From an uncultured delta proteobacterium (GTDB lineage: Bacteria > Myxococcota_A > Polyangia > Fen-1088), in assembly GCA_963755125.1 (NCBI GenBank), contig CAVWIP010000017.1, forward strand, positions 96,001 to 160,000: DNA of 64,000 nt, given 5' to 3'. The position numbers and the translations under genes are program-made. Numbering within the stretch: the stretch's first letter is position 1; each line of letters starts with the position of its first letter. Below, in pieces: positions 37,061-47,484 of the stretch. The notes under the pieces were generated by a model. That model was given only the letters and a program-made list of their open reading frames with translations, was not told where the DNA came from and ran no database searches.

Positions 37061-38305
37061 ATGAACACGGCGTACAGGAAGTTGCTGGCTCGCTTGCAAT
37101 CGGTGCGCATGCTCGGCGTTTCGTTCGGTCTGGACCGCGTGCGGCTGGCACTGGAGCGCTTGGGCTGTCCGGAACGCCGTTTTCGAGCAGTCCAGATCGC
37201 GGGCACCAACGGCAAAGGCTCGACCGCGGCCTTTCTCGAATCGATCTTGCGTGCGGCGGGCCTGCACACCGGGCTCTTCACCTCGCCGCACCTGTGCCGC
37301 TTTTCCGAGCGTATCCGCATCGACGGACGCGAGGCCGAGGGCGAGCACCTGGGCCAACTCGATGAGGCGGTGGCGGCGACCGGCGTGCCGCTGACCTATT
37401 TCGAGATCTCGGCGGTGCTGGCGTTCCTGGCCTTTGCCGAGGCCGAGGTTGATCTGGCCGTGCTGGAGACAGGGCTGGGCGGTCGATTGGACGCGACCAC
37501 GGCATCGCACCCGCTGGCTTGCGCCATTACCAGCATCGCGCTCGACCACCAGGATCTGCTGGGCAAGACCATCCACGAGATTGCCCACGAGAAGGCGTGC
37601 ATTGCGCGGCCCGGGGTGCCGCTCTTCCTGGGGCCGCTTTCGCGCGAGGCACTGGCCGAGGTGGAGCGAGTGGCGCATGCGGCAGGATCGCCGTTGCGAC
37701 GATTGGGCGTCGATTTCGCTGCGCCCGACTTCCCGCTGGCCTTGGCCGGGGCCCACCAGGCTTCGAACGCAGCCCTGGCCGTGGCCCTGGCCCACGAGGT
37801 TGGGTCTAGCATGGGCCGGGTATTGCAACCCGAGGTGGTCAAGCGGGGTTTGGCCGAGACGCGCTGGCCAGGGCGTCTAGAGCGCGTGGCCCCTGACGTC
37901 TTGCTCGACTGCGCCCACAACGCCGAGGGCGCAGAGGCGCTGGCCGCCGCGCTGCCGGCCGCGTCCCGCCGCGCGCTGGTGGTGTCCATCGTGCAGGGCA
38001 AGGATGTAGCGACCATGCTGGCCGCACTCTGTCCGCACTTCGATTTCGTCGTGGCCACGCGTTCGCCCAGCGAGCGCTCGCTTTCGCCCGAGGAGCTAGC
38101 GACGCTGGTTGCGCACGATCGCGGCCGACAGGTCGAGGTGGTGGCTGACCCCGGCCTTGCGGTCGCTCGCGCACGCGCACTGGTGGCTGGAGTACCCAAC
38201 GGCCTGGTCGTGGTGGCGGGCTCGATCTTCCTGGTCGGCGCCGTGCGAGCCCGATTGCTCAATGAGCCGGTTGACGTGATTACCGGGTCGGACCCGATGC
38301 CGTGA
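37061..38305 (+). CDS. folC: Folylpolyglutamate synthase / dihydrofolate synthase
   Basis: IAGTNGKGST, FTSPHL, ETGLGGRLDAT, WPGRLE, LDCAHN, GSIFLVG; follows accD. Confidence 0.95.
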   Translation: MNTAYRKLLARLQSVRMLGVSFGLDRVRLALERLGCPERRFRAVQIAGTNGKGSTAAFLESILRAAGLHTGLFTSPHLCRFSERIRIDGREAEGEHLGQLDEAVAATGVPLTYFEISAVLAFLAFAEAEVDLAVLETGLGGRLDATTASHPLACAITSIALDHQDLLGKTIHEIAHEKACIARPGVPLFLGPLSREALAEVERVAHAAGSPLRRLGVDFAAPDFPLALAGAHQASNAALAVALAHEVGSSMGRVLQPEVVKRGLAETRWPGRLERVAPDVLLDCAHNAEGAEALAAALPAASRRALVVSIVQGKDVATMLAALCPHFDFVVATRSPSERSLSPEELATLVAHDRGRQVEVVADPGLAVARARALVAGVPNGLVVVAGSIFLVGAVRARLLNEPVDVITGSDPMP

Positions 38306-38444
38306 AGGCGACGAAGCCAGCGATCGGGTGAGATGCACGTTCGAAACCAGTCCGCGCTATTCACCGCAGCCCAGCATTTTTTTGGCGGTTTTGACGCGCT
38401 CTGTATTTGCCAGATCGCCGCACCCACGCTTATGATGACAGGGG

Positions 38445-39242
38445 ATGGATCTCAACCCGCGCGCGAATCTGGGTCTTGTGCGTCCGGTGCTGCTTGCCTG
38501 TGCAGGTATCGTGGTGGCTGGGCCCGCCCTGGCGGATCAACCCCAGCCCGCGGACCAGAGTGCCAGCGAGCCCTCGGGTCCGCCGACCGGCAAGTACGGC
38601 GGGGTCACCATGGGGAGCAACGCGAGCAACCCGCTGCCCCAGTCCCCCTCAAGCCCGCCCCATCTCATCTGGACGGGTTTTCAGCCCAGCGCCACGGGGG
38701 CGCGTGTATTTTTTCAGACCAGCGGGCCGGTGGAGTTCGAGGTGAAAGAAGGCCGTGTGTCCAAGGCCGGCCATTCTACGCTGACGGTGCTGCTTCATGG
38801 GTGCCGCATTCACATGGCGAACAACCAGCGCAGGCTCGACACGCGCGCTTTTCCCACGCCAGTGCAAAGCGTCTCGGCCAAGCAGCACGGAAAGGACGTC
38901 GCGCTCCTCATCGCGCTGCGCGAACCTGCCAGGTCCACGCCTGGAACCGAGGCGGGGCCCAACGGCACACGGTTTCTGGTATTCGAGTTTCCGCCTGGCA
39001 GGCCGGCTCCTATCGAGGAGAATAAGGCGCCAGCCGAACCGGTTTCGGTTCCCAGCGGGGCGACATCTGGCGAAGGCTGGTCGCTTTCCGGCGAAGGTGA
39101 ATCCGTAAAGGCCGAAGTGAAAGGCAAGGCGAAGTCGAAGCGCAAGGGTCAGTCGGCCGCTGCGCCTGACCAGGTAGAGCCCGGGGCCACCCCGGCGCTG
39201 GAACCCGCGCCCATCGCGACACCCCCAGCCGGGGCTAAATAG
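38445..39242 (+). CDS. Secreted protein with AMIN-like domain
   Basis: Signal peptide; LIWTGFQ...RVFFQTS...NNQRRLDTRAFPTPV. Confidence 0.6.
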   Translation: MDLNPRANLGLVRPVLLACAGIVVAGPALADQPQPADQSASEPSGPPTGKYGGVTMGSNASNPLPQSPSSPPHLIWTGFQPSATGARVFFQTSGPVEFEVKEGRVSKAGHSTLTVLLHGCRIHMANNQRRLDTRAFPTPVQSVSAKQHGKDVALLIALREPARSTPGTEAGPNGTRFLVFEFPPGRPAPIEENKAPAEPVSVPSGATSGEGWSLSGEGESVKAEVKGKAKSKRKGQSAAAPDQVEPGATPALEPAPIATPPAGAK

Positions 39243-39283
39243 TTGATTCGCCTCGTCCGAACCTATGAAGGAGAGGGCGGAAC

Positions 39284-41692
39284 ATGAAAGCATCACTAGT
39301 CTTCCGATCGATTTTCCTGGGCGCGCTGCTGGTTCTCGCCGGCTGCTCCAAGAGCGCTCAGCAAGAGCAACCCCTGCCAGTGGTTCCAGACGATGGCGGT
39401 AGCACCCATGTCGTGAAGCTTGACGCCGAGGTGGTGGGGGACGGCGCGGGCGACGCCACCAGGAAGGCAGATGGCAACCGCGATTCCGGCGCGGCTGCGG
39501 CGATGGACGGCGCCGTCGCGGCCGGCCCGCCACCGTCGATCACCCTGACCGTCGACCCGGCATCGTTGGTCCCGCCTGCGGATGGCGGCGTCCCCAACCC
39601 GCCGATCATTCCGGCCAGCTACGGGCCCAAGCCGGTGGTCACGGTGACCGTGGTTTCGAATTCGGGCGACATGCGGGCGGACGACGTGTCGTCGGTCACG
39701 GGATCGCTGAACGTCCCGGTCACAGGTACACCGGCAGCGACGGTGACGCTGGCCAAGTCCGAGACGGATTCGGTCCCCGAGTCGAATACGACGCGCTTCG
39801 TCTTCTCCGACGTCCCCATCGATCTCTCGAAGGTCCCCACGGGCTCCTACAATCTGGTATTCACTGCCACCACGGTCGGCGGAACCTCGGCGAGCACCCA
39901 GATCGCGGTGTGGGTGGATTCCGGGCCGATCATCGTCGTGGTCTCTCCCACTGAGGGCGGATACTACAAGGGCTCGGCACCGGTCGAGGTCGACACGACC
40001 CAGACGAACTTCCCCGTCACTCTGATAACCATGGCGGTAGGGCAGGGGGATGCAGTCCCGCTGACGCAGACAAGTACCGGTGTGTACAAGGGTACTATCG
40101 ATTTCAACAGTTATGTCCCACCTTTGGTGGGCGATGAGCTGGTCACCTTCCGCGCTTATGACGAGAATGGAGTTGAGACGGTCGTCGCGCGCGATTTCGT
40201 GAGTGACAACACGGGGCCTTCCATCAGCGCGACGGTGCCTGCCAATGGCGCCATGATCGGGAACGTGATCACCATCAGCGCGACAGTGGTCGATCCGGCC
40301 GGCGTGGATACGTCCTCGGTGGTGGCGGTGGTGGCCAACGGTGACCAGACTTTCCAGATCACGCTGGCCCCATCGACGACGGTGGGCTCCAATGTTTTCT
40401 CGAACCTCTTTGACACGACCAAGCTACCCTCCTACGCCCTCTTCCCCACGATCTCGTTCCGAGCACGGGATGTCCTGGGAAACGAGTCCACAGTCGGCTA
40501 TGAGCTCTCACTCGACAACACGCCGCCCATCATCGATCTGGATCCGCCGTACGTACGAAGGGTCAATAGCAATGGGAACTGTAGCTGGGCCTTCGATCCA
40601 GTGGGCCCAGACGCCGTGGATGACGGCAATATGGTTACCCAGCTCTTCGAGGTTCGAGTGCAGGCGGAGGACAGGGGCAACAAGCCACTGACGGGCACCA
40701 CTGACTTCACACCCATCGGCGGCGTGGATCAAAGCAACGTCCAGTTGCTCATTCTTAGCAATACCTCCCGGCCTTTGGTGGTGGATACCAGCAATCCGCC
40801 CGACGGTCTTTGCGACGCCATCAACCCTGAATTGGTGCCCACCACGAATCCACAGACTGACGTGGATGCGCAGCTCATTACTATGGTGCCCATGGCGCCG
40901 CTTGAAGGTGCGGACTTCAGCCGAGATCCGAGTGTTGCTTGCTCGACGGCGGACTCCACTGTCGCGCCGCCTGACCCCGATTCCTTCTGTGCGACGACCG
41001 AGAACGACAGCAAGACTCAGTTCGCCGTGGGCGACTCGACTCACCAGCCTCACTGCTACACGATGACGGAGGTTCTTTCTTATTTGGTGGAGAACTTGCC
41101 GTCCATCTACACCATTGGGCCGATTGTGGCCGACGGTCTCGAGTGCGCCGGCCACCAGTTTGACTCTTCCAACAACCTCAAGGACGGCTGGGCGTGCCTG
41201 GCCGTGGCGGCGCAAGACATCCTGGGGAACAAGCAGGTTTCGCGCCCCATCCGTATCTGTGTGGTGGCGACTCCGGGGAGTACGGCGTGTTCGGATTTCA
41301 AGTCCGTGACAGGGGTTGTGTTATCGTCGAACTCAGTCGAGATCGACACTGCGGTTCCGCTGGTGGGTCCGGGTGGTGCGGCCTTGCAGGCGAACGACGA
41401 AGTTATCGTCTCGGGTCTGGTCGGTGTTTCTGGGGTCAACGGCCGTTGGCCGGTGACTCCGCTCGACAGCTCAGGCTTGCGCTTCTCACTCCAGGGCGCT
41501 CAGGGCGTAATGGGCGGGGCCTCGCTCTTGGTGGCGCACGCATACGTCGTGCCGGTCGCGTCCATGCCCGACTGCACGGGCACGCTCATCCAGGGCGGGA
41601 CCGACGGAGGCCTTCCGGTGGTCGACTACACGCAGCCGTGCAAGCCGTTCTCGAGTTTTGTTGCGGGTGCGTGGCGACCCTACGGGCAGTAG
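39284..41692 (+). CDS. Large lipoprotein with Ig-like domains
   Basis: Lipobox LAGC; repeated 'DNTGP', 'DNTPP', 'ARDVLGN' Ig motifs; Cys pairs. Confidence 0.7.
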   Translation: MKASLVFRSIFLGALLVLAGCSKSAQQEQPLPVVPDDGGSTHVVKLDAEVVGDGAGDATRKADGNRDSGAAAAMDGAVAAGPPPSITLTVDPASLVPPADGGVPNPPIIPASYGPKPVVTVTVVSNSGDMRADDVSSVTGSLNVPVTGTPAATVTLAKSETDSVPESNTTRFVFSDVPIDLSKVPTGSYNLVFTATTVGGTSASTQIAVWVDSGPIIVVVSPTEGGYYKGSAPVEVDTTQTNFPVTLITMAVGQGDAVPLTQTSTGVYKGTIDFNSYVPPLVGDELVTFRAYDENGVETVVARDFVSDNTGPSISATVPANGAMIGNVITISATVVDPAGVDTSSVVAVVANGDQTFQITLAPSTTVGSNVFSNLFDTTKLPSYALFPTISFRARDVLGNESTVGYELSLDNTPPIIDLDPPYVRRVNSNGNCSWAFDPVGPDAVDDGNMVTQLFEVRVQAEDRGNKPLTGTTDFTPIGGVDQSNVQLLILSNTSRPLVVDTSNPPDGLCDAINPELVPTTNPQTDVDAQLITMVPMAPLEGADFSRDPSVACSTADSTVAPPDPDSFCATTENDSKTQFAVGDSTHQPHCYTMTEVLSYLVENLPSIYTIGPIVADGLECAGHQFDSSNNLKDGWACLAVAAQDILGNKQVSRPIRICVVATPGSTACSDFKSVTGVVLSSNSVEIDTAVPLVGPGGAALQANDEVIVSGLVGVSGVNGRWPVTPLDSSGLRFSLQGAQGVMGGASLLVAHAYVVPVASMPDCTGTLIQGGTDGGLPVVDYTQPCKPFSSFVAGAWRPYGQ

Positions 41693-41698
41693 GCCAAA

Positions 41699-44600
41699 TC
41701 ACCACGCCTGCGTGCTCAGGCCACGAGCAAGGCGGTCGGGAGCGCGTTTGGGTGTGCGGCCGTACCAGGCCGTTTGCGCGGCCGAGACTGGCTCCAGTTC
41801 GAATGGGATGAACAGCACCTTGAGGTAGCGGTTGCGGCCGATGCGCTCCCACCCCAGCACGCCCAGAAGAGCCTCCCACATATAGTCGCCAGGCCGCTTG
41901 ACCTGCGACTCCCAGAACGGCACGAACCAAAAGTGGGAGGTCCCGGCCTCGGGGCCGAACCCCTTGCTGAGCCAGATGCTGGGAAAGATGAAGGTTCCTT
42001 CCCAGGTCGGGCGACGAACGCCGAAGTAGAAGGGAAAGACCACGGTGGTGCTGCGTTCCTCGCTCCAGAAACGCCAGTACAGCGGGAACGCGATGGTGCT
42101 GGCGTCGGTGGTTCCGCTGCGCCGGTAGAAGAGCGGCGCCATGGTGTAGGTTTGGTCGCTGACCTCGTTCTGGTAACGCAGGAAGAGCGGCAGGAACATG
42201 GTCAGCCGGCTCTCGTGATACTCGTGCACATCGTAGTAGAGCGGCAGGCCCAGGGTGCTCGACGAGGTGATGTCGCTGCGGTGCCAGAAGAGCAGAAGCC
42301 AGGTCGACAGCGAGCGCTCGGGATTGAAGTGCGCGTAGTACAGCAGCGGCGGGATCACCCGGGTGGTGGTTTCAGTGGTCTTGTCGCTATACGAGAACCA
42401 CAGGGGGAAGAACATACTGAAGCGGCTCTTGAAGTTGTCGCGCCACACGAAGGGTGGCACGTACCACCACAAGCTGTCAGGTGTCGTGCCAAAGCCGAAG
42501 AGTGCGGTGGCGACGGTCTGCGACTGGCGTGAGTGGTTCTCGTAGAACAGGGGCATCAGCGCATCGCTGCCCGTCTGGTTCGTGGGATCGCGCGAATACC
42601 AGAAGAGAGGCAGCACGCCCCGCGTGATTTCGCTATCGTGGTGCGACCAGAGCAACGGACCTGCCAGGTTGAACGAGCTGTGCTCGTCACGGTTGGCAAA
42701 ATGCAAGTACAGCGGCAGCAGCATGACGTGGCTCTTGCTGCCTTGCCGGCCTTGCCACCAGAGCGGGAACACCACATGGGTGCTTCCATCGGGCCGGCTC
42801 GACTGGAAGTAGAACAGCGACACCACTCGGCTGGTTTGGGTTTCGTGGTTGCGATGGTACACGAAGAGCGGGGTCACCAGCAGGCGGCGCTGGGGACTAT
42901 CGGCCGAGACGAACAAGGGCACCAGGCCCGATGCATGGCTGTGCTGCTGGTCGTCCTGGGTGCGGAACCAGGGCCCGACCGTGAGGGTGCGGTGGTCTTG
43001 GTCGTGGCTGGACCAGAAGAAGGGAAGGAAGCTGTCAAGGCGATACCCGTCGTCGCAGCGGCGGCCGAAGTACAGGGGAAAGACGTAGGTGCCGGTGTCT
43101 CCCGGCTGCCAATAGCGCGCATACAAAGGAAACAACACCCGTGCCGTCACGCTCGGGCCATCGACCATGATGTAGGGCCCGAACATGCGTGTGCGCTGGC
43201 CAGTGCCTTGGAAGGTGTGGTCCAGGTAGAGCAAAGGCACGCCGCGGACTTGTACCGCGTCGCTGCCATACCAGAAATAGGGCAAGATGAAGCCGGCGTG
43301 CAGGCCCGGGCGACGAGTCCAGGCCGCCAGGGGCGAGGCGAACAGGGTGCTGCGGCTGTCACGGCGATAGTGCACCAGGGGGAAGAGAGTGAAGCTGGTT
43401 TCGTCCTGGCCGCCCGGCCGGGCGCCGCGGCGGTAGTGGAAGAGTGGAAAGAGGGCATCGGTGGTTTCGCCGCCCCAACTGCGGTGCAGGTAGGTCGCAG
43501 CCACGGTGGTGGTGCGATCGGCGGCGTCGTCGCGGAACCGCCAGAAGAGGGGAAAGAAGACGAAGTGATGGCGTTGGTTGCCACCACCCCAGAACAGGAC
43601 CGGCACGATCCCCGCTGACGACCCATTCCGATCCACGTCGCGGAAGAAGGGGGGCGCTATGGTGGTGGAGGTGCCGCGGCGGGAATCGGCGAAGTGCCAC
43701 AGAAGGGGAATCTGGATGTGGAAACTGGCCTCGCGATCGTGGCCTGCGATAAAGAGCAGGGGCAGGATGGCGGTAGCCGATCTGGTGGCATCCTTGGCGT
43801 GATACCAAAGAGGGAAGGCCAGGGTCGATCTCGATCGCCCGTCGCGAAAGTGCCAGTAGAGCGGGGCCACGATCACATGGCTGCGCTCGGCGCGCTGGCC
43901 GACGAAGACAAAGGGAAAGACACCCCCGCTGCTGCCGCCGTCGGAGAAGTGGCGAGTGTAGGCCCACAGCGGGAAGATGCCGGCTGCGCTGGTGCGCTCG
44001 TCAGCGGAATGGCGGTGAAAGTAGAAGGGCAGGAAGCCGTGTGCGGTCGCGTTCCGGGCACGATCGTGGAAATACCAGAACAGCGGAAAGACCACGCGCG
44101 TGGCTCCGGCGGGGTCGGTGCGCTGGTAGTAGAGCCCCACGATGGTGGTGGTGGCGTCCGCGGGAATATCGCGATAGTGCCAGTAGAGCAGGAGGTAGGA
44201 ATCCAGTTCGCTCTGCCGATCGTGCCAGTGCAGGATGGGCGGCGCCAGCCAGGTCAGCCCGCGCGAACCCGCGTTGTCGTCGCGGCGATACCCGCCCAGA
44301 GGCGACAGATACAGGGCCGTCTTGCCGTGGTCGCCGCGACTGCCGAGAAAGAATGGCAGGATGAGCTGCCAGCTCGATCCCTGTTTTCGGTCGCGTCCCC
44401 ACCAGGCGAGCAGGGCGGCCGACCCCATGGACCAGCCTTCGCGCCGGACATGAAATACCGGAGGGACAGGGATAATGGTGGTGTTCGCCTCCGCTGAGCG
44501 AAACGACCAGAGCAAGGGGAAGCCGACGTCGTAGTTGTAACCCTTGCTGCGGCCGAAATAGTACAGCCACAGGAAAGCACCGGTCTTGCTCTCGCCGTCG

Positions 44601-45550
44601 ACCGATGAGTAGCCCAGCCAGGATCCAAAGTAGCCGCCCTTGGGGTCAGTGTGGCGAAACCCCACCGGGACAATGAGCAGGGTCGCCTCATTCCCGCTGC
44701 GCCAGTAGAAGTTGAGCGGCAAGGCGTAGGTGAAGGTGAATTCCTTTGAACGTGACGAAACGAAGAGGGGACAGACCTCGAACTTGTGGTCAGGTGATCG
44801 TTTCCAGAAATACAGGAAGCCAAGCAGGCCAAAGGAGCGGCCCTTGTCGGGATCACCGATAGTGAACGAGCCCAAGAGCGGCGCGGCCCAGCCGAACTTG
44901 GTCGAAGTGTAGAGGAACGGCCACACCGCCCACGAACGCGCGTCCGGCTGTCGCGTCTGCGAATAGAGGCCGACCACGGTGACCACGCGCTGCTTGAGAT
45001 GGTCTTCGATTCGCCAGTAGAAGGGTGCCACGATCTGCGTGCGGGCTTCCGGGCTCCAGAAGTGCCAGTAAAAAGGGGCCAGCACGCGGTAGCCTGGGTT
45101 GCCCCGGCGCGACCAGTAGAAGGGAATGAAGTCCAGCGTCGCGCCTTCTTTGCGGAAGAGCAGAAGCGTGAAGGCCTTCTCAAAGGCGCGGCAAGCGCCC
45201 TGTTCGCAGATGGTGTCCACTGGGCAATCTACGTCCCGGCTGCACGCTGGTCCCGTGGCCGTGGTTGCAGTCGTGGCCGTGGCCGTGGAGGCAGGCATGG
45301 TCGTGGCCGATCCGGGCTCCGACTCTTGCGCTGGCTTCGCCGGCAGCGGTTCCTCCTCGGCCTGCGCCGTGCGGAAGGGCAACAGCCCCCCCGACCGCAT
45401 GTTGCGAGCGAAGGGATCGAGGTTGGCCGCCGCCCAGGCGGAACTGGACAGCCCGAGCACGAGGGCCGCTGCCGCGATCGACGCTGCCGGAAGGAGACGA
45501 CGTTGTTGCATGCGGGCGGCGATCACGGCTGCGGCGGCAGCATCTTCCAT
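41699..45550 (-). CDS. 1283-aa secreted/outer-membrane protein built of aromatic 'hhPhhW/Y' repeats
   Basis: Signal peptide; CxxDxDC module; dozens of FPLFW/APLYW/LPFYF-type units. Confidence 0.8.
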   Translation of the reverse strand: MEDAAAAAVIAARMQQRRLLPAASIAAAALVLGLSSSAWAAANLDPFARNMRSGGLLPFRTAQAEEEPLPAKPAQESEPGSATTMPASTATATTATTATGPACSRDVDCPVDTICEQGACRAFEKAFTLLLFRKEGATLDFIPFYWSRRGNPGYRVLAPFYWHFWSPEARTQIVAPFYWRIEDHLKQRVVTVVGLYSQTRQPDARSWAVWPFLYTSTKFGWAAPLLGSFTIGDPDKGRSFGLLGFLYFWKRSPDHKFEVCPLFVSSRSKEFTFTYALPLNFYWRSGNEATLLIVPVGFRHTDPKGGYFGSWLGYSSVDGESKTGAFLWLYYFGRSKGYNYDVGFPLLWSFRSAEANTTIIPVPPVFHVRREGWSMGSAALLAWWGRDRKQGSSWQLILPFFLGSRGDHGKTALYLSPLGGYRRDDNAGSRGLTWLAPPILHWHDRQSELDSYLLLYWHYRDIPADATTTIVGLYYQRTDPAGATRVVFPLFWYFHDRARNATAHGFLPFYFHRHSADERTSAAGIFPLWAYTRHFSDGGSSGGVFPFVFVGQRAERSHVIVAPLYWHFRDGRSRSTLAFPLWYHAKDATRSATAILPLLFIAGHDREASFHIQIPLLWHFADSRRGTSTTIAPPFFRDVDRNGSSAGIVPVLFWGGGNQRHHFVFFPLFWRFRDDAADRTTTVAATYLHRSWGGETTDALFPLFHYRRGARPGGQDETSFTLFPLVHYRRDSRSTLFASPLAAWTRRPGLHAGFILPYFWYGSDAVQVRGVPLLYLDHTFQGTGQRTRMFGPYIMVDGPSVTARVLFPLYARYWQPGDTGTYVFPLYFGRRCDDGYRLDSFLPFFWSSHDQDHRTLTVGPWFRTQDDQQHSHASGLVPLFVSADSPQRRLLVTPLFVYHRNHETQTSRVVSLFYFQSSRPDGSTHVVFPLWWQGRQGSKSHVMLLPLYLHFANRDEHSSFNLAGPLLWSHHDSEITRGVLPLFWYSRDPTNQTGSDALMPLFYENHSRQSQTVATALFGFGTTPDSLWWYVPPFVWRDNFKSRFSMFFPLWFSYSDKTTETTTRVIPPLLYYAHFNPERSLSTWLLLFWHRSDITSSSTLGLPLYYDVHEYHESRLTMFLPLFLRYQNEVSDQTYTMAPLFYRRSGTTDASTIAFPLYWRFWSEERSTTVVFPFYFGVRRPTWEGTFIFPSIWLSKGFGPEAGTSHFWFVPFWESQVKRPGDYMWEALLGVLGWERIGRNRYLKVLFIPFELEPVSAAQTAWYGRTPKRAPDRLARGLSTQAW

Positions 45551-46086
45551 TCGCCGTTCTCACGCACGAACACCACGTCGCCGGTATCCGACTCGTCGCC
45601 CTTTTGGCGCGTGACCTTGAGAGTGGCCGTCTCTCCCTTCACCGCCGAGCTCTTGATGCTGAACTTGGTTCCCTCGACTTCCTTCTGCATCTTCTTGAGG
45701 CCCTCGGTCGCCTGTCCCATCTGCGTGGCCAGCATGCCCTGGTACATGAGGGCATAGCAGTCGATGACCTTCTCCATGTTGCCCTCGACCAGGGCCTTGC
45801 GCCATCGCTCGAAGGTCTTCTCGGGGGTGGAGAACTCGGCCCGTGCCGGCGGAAGCTGGAAGGAGATGCTCTTGATCTTGTCCTTGGGAACCTTGACGGT
45901 CTGTCCCTGGGTCTCGACGGTGAAGACGCCGTCGTAGTAGTGGACGAGCTTGCCGTTCATCTTGGTCTTGTCGAGCAACTCGAAGACCTCGGCGCGCGCG
46001 GCCGGCGCCCACACGGCGGCGACAAGCAAGGCTGCCGCCACCAGGACAGAGGAGCGGGTCGTGCGAATCGAACCCATGGTCGTCAT
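45523..46086 (-). CDS. Secreted hypothetical protein (NTF2-like C-terminus)
   Basis: Signal peptide; STPEKTFERW...FVRENGEWKM; ATGA-coupled to glyA. Confidence 0.7.
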   Translation of the reverse strand: MTTMGSIRTTRSSVLVAAALLVAAVWAPAARAEVFELLDKTKMNGKLVHYYDGVFTVETQGQTVKVPKDKIKSISFQLPPARAEFSTPEKTFERWRKALVEGNMEKVIDCYALMYQGMLATQMGQATEGLKKMQKEVEGTKFSIKSSAVKGETATLKVTRQKGDESDTGDVVFVRENGEWKMLPPQP

Positions 46087-47342
46087 CCCTTCACCGCGAT
46101 CCCTGGTGCCGGGAATCGCTTGGTCAACTCGTGCACCTCGGCCGCGACCTGGGCCGCGTTCTCGTCGCTTGGGTTGGACATCACGCGATCCATCCAGGCC
46201 GCGATCTGTTTCATCTCGGTGGGTCCCATGCCGCGGCTGGTGACCGAGGGCGAGCCCAGTCGGATGCCGGACGGATCGAACGGCTTGCGTGTGTCGTAGG
46301 GCACGGAGTTGTAGTTGAGTTCAATGCCCGCCTTGTCCAGCGCCTTGGCCGCAATCTTTCCTGGGATCTTCTTGTTGCTCAGGTCGACCAGGATGAGATG
46401 GTTGTCGGTGCCGCCCGAAACCACGTGATAGCCACGCGCCATCAACTCGGCGGCCAGAGCCGCGGCGTTCTTCACCACGTTCTGCGCGTACTCGCGGAAG
46501 GCCGACTGCGAGGCTTCGTGCAGGGCGACCGCGATCCCGGCGGTGGTGTGGTCGTGCGGTCCACCCTGCAGCCCGGGAAACACGGCCTTGTCCAGGGCCG
46601 CCGCATGGGCCGTGCGGCACATGAGCATGCCGCCCCGCGGACCCCGCAGGGTCTTGTGAGTCGTGGTGGTGACCACGTCCGCGTGGGGAACCGGCGAAGG
46701 ATGGGCGCCGCCCGCGACCAGGCCCGCGATGTGCGCCATGTCCACCGCGAAACGGGCGCCCACCTCGCGTGCAATCTCGGCCATGGCTGCGAAATCCCAC
46801 AGGCGCGAGTAGGCGGTGCCACCGGCCCACAGCAACTGGGGCCGTTCGCGACGAGCCAGGTCTAGCACCTCGTCGAGGTCGATGCGGCCGGTGTCCTTGC
46901 GCACGCCGTACTGGACCGACTGGAAGTAGCGGCCGGTGATGGACACATTCCAGCCGTGAGTCAGGTGGCCGCCCATGGGCAGAGCCAGACCCATGACCTT
47001 GTCGCCGGGCTTCAAGAAGGCGAAGTAGACAGCCAGGTTGGCCGGCGAGCCCGAGTACGGCTGCACGTTGGCGTGCTCTGCGCCGAACAGCGAGCAGGCG
47101 CGCTCCTGGGCCAGGGTCTCCAGCGGGTCCACGAATTGCTGGCCTTCGTAGTAACGCTTGCCGGCGTAGCCTTCACTGTACTTGTTGGTGAAGACGGAGC
47201 CAGTGGCCTCGAGGACCGCCCGCGAGACGTAGTTCTCCGACGGAATAAGTCGGATCTTGTCGGCCTGGCGGCGCTCCTCGGAGCGGATCAATTCGAGCAC
47301 CTTGGGGTCGGCCACGGACAGCGGTTCATCGACGAACTTCAT
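46083..47342 (-). CDS. glyA: Serine hydroxymethyltransferase
   Basis: LIPSENY, NKYSEGY, HANVQPYSG, GGHLTHG, DMAHIAGL, TTTHKTLRGPRGG, GGTDNH. Confidence 0.98.
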   Translation of the reverse strand: MKFVDEPLSVADPKVLELIRSEERRQADKIRLIPSENYVSRAVLEATGSVFTNKYSEGYAGKRYYEGQQFVDPLETLAQERACSLFGAEHANVQPYSGSPANLAVYFAFLKPGDKVMGLALPMGGHLTHGWNVSITGRYFQSVQYGVRKDTGRIDLDEVLDLARRERPQLLWAGGTAYSRLWDFAAMAEIAREVGARFAVDMAHIAGLVAGGAHPSPVPHADVVTTTTHKTLRGPRGGMLMCRTAHAAALDKAVFPGLQGGPHDHTTAGIAVALHEASQSAFREYAQNVVKNAAALAAELMARGYHVVSGGTDNHLILVDLSNKKIPGKIAAKALDKAGIELNYNSVPYDTRKPFDPSGIRLGSPSVTSRGMGPTEMKQIAAWMDRVMSNPSDENAAQVAAEVHELTKRFPAPGIAVKG

Positions 47343-47484
47343 GGCCCCGCAAGCTATTCCGGCGGGGGGCGTGAGTCAACGCAAGGAACGTGTCGGCTCC
47401 TCTTTTCATCGGCCGGCACGCAACCTGGCAGCCGGCCTGCCGACAACATCGGCGTCCGTCAACTTCTTTGCAGGAGGCTCGAAA

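Noticed and set aside
47343..47484. Glycine riboswitch or sigma-54 promoter upstream of glyA / the lipoprotein
   Set aside because: No recognisable aptamer motifs; the GG-N10-GC spacing is off by one.
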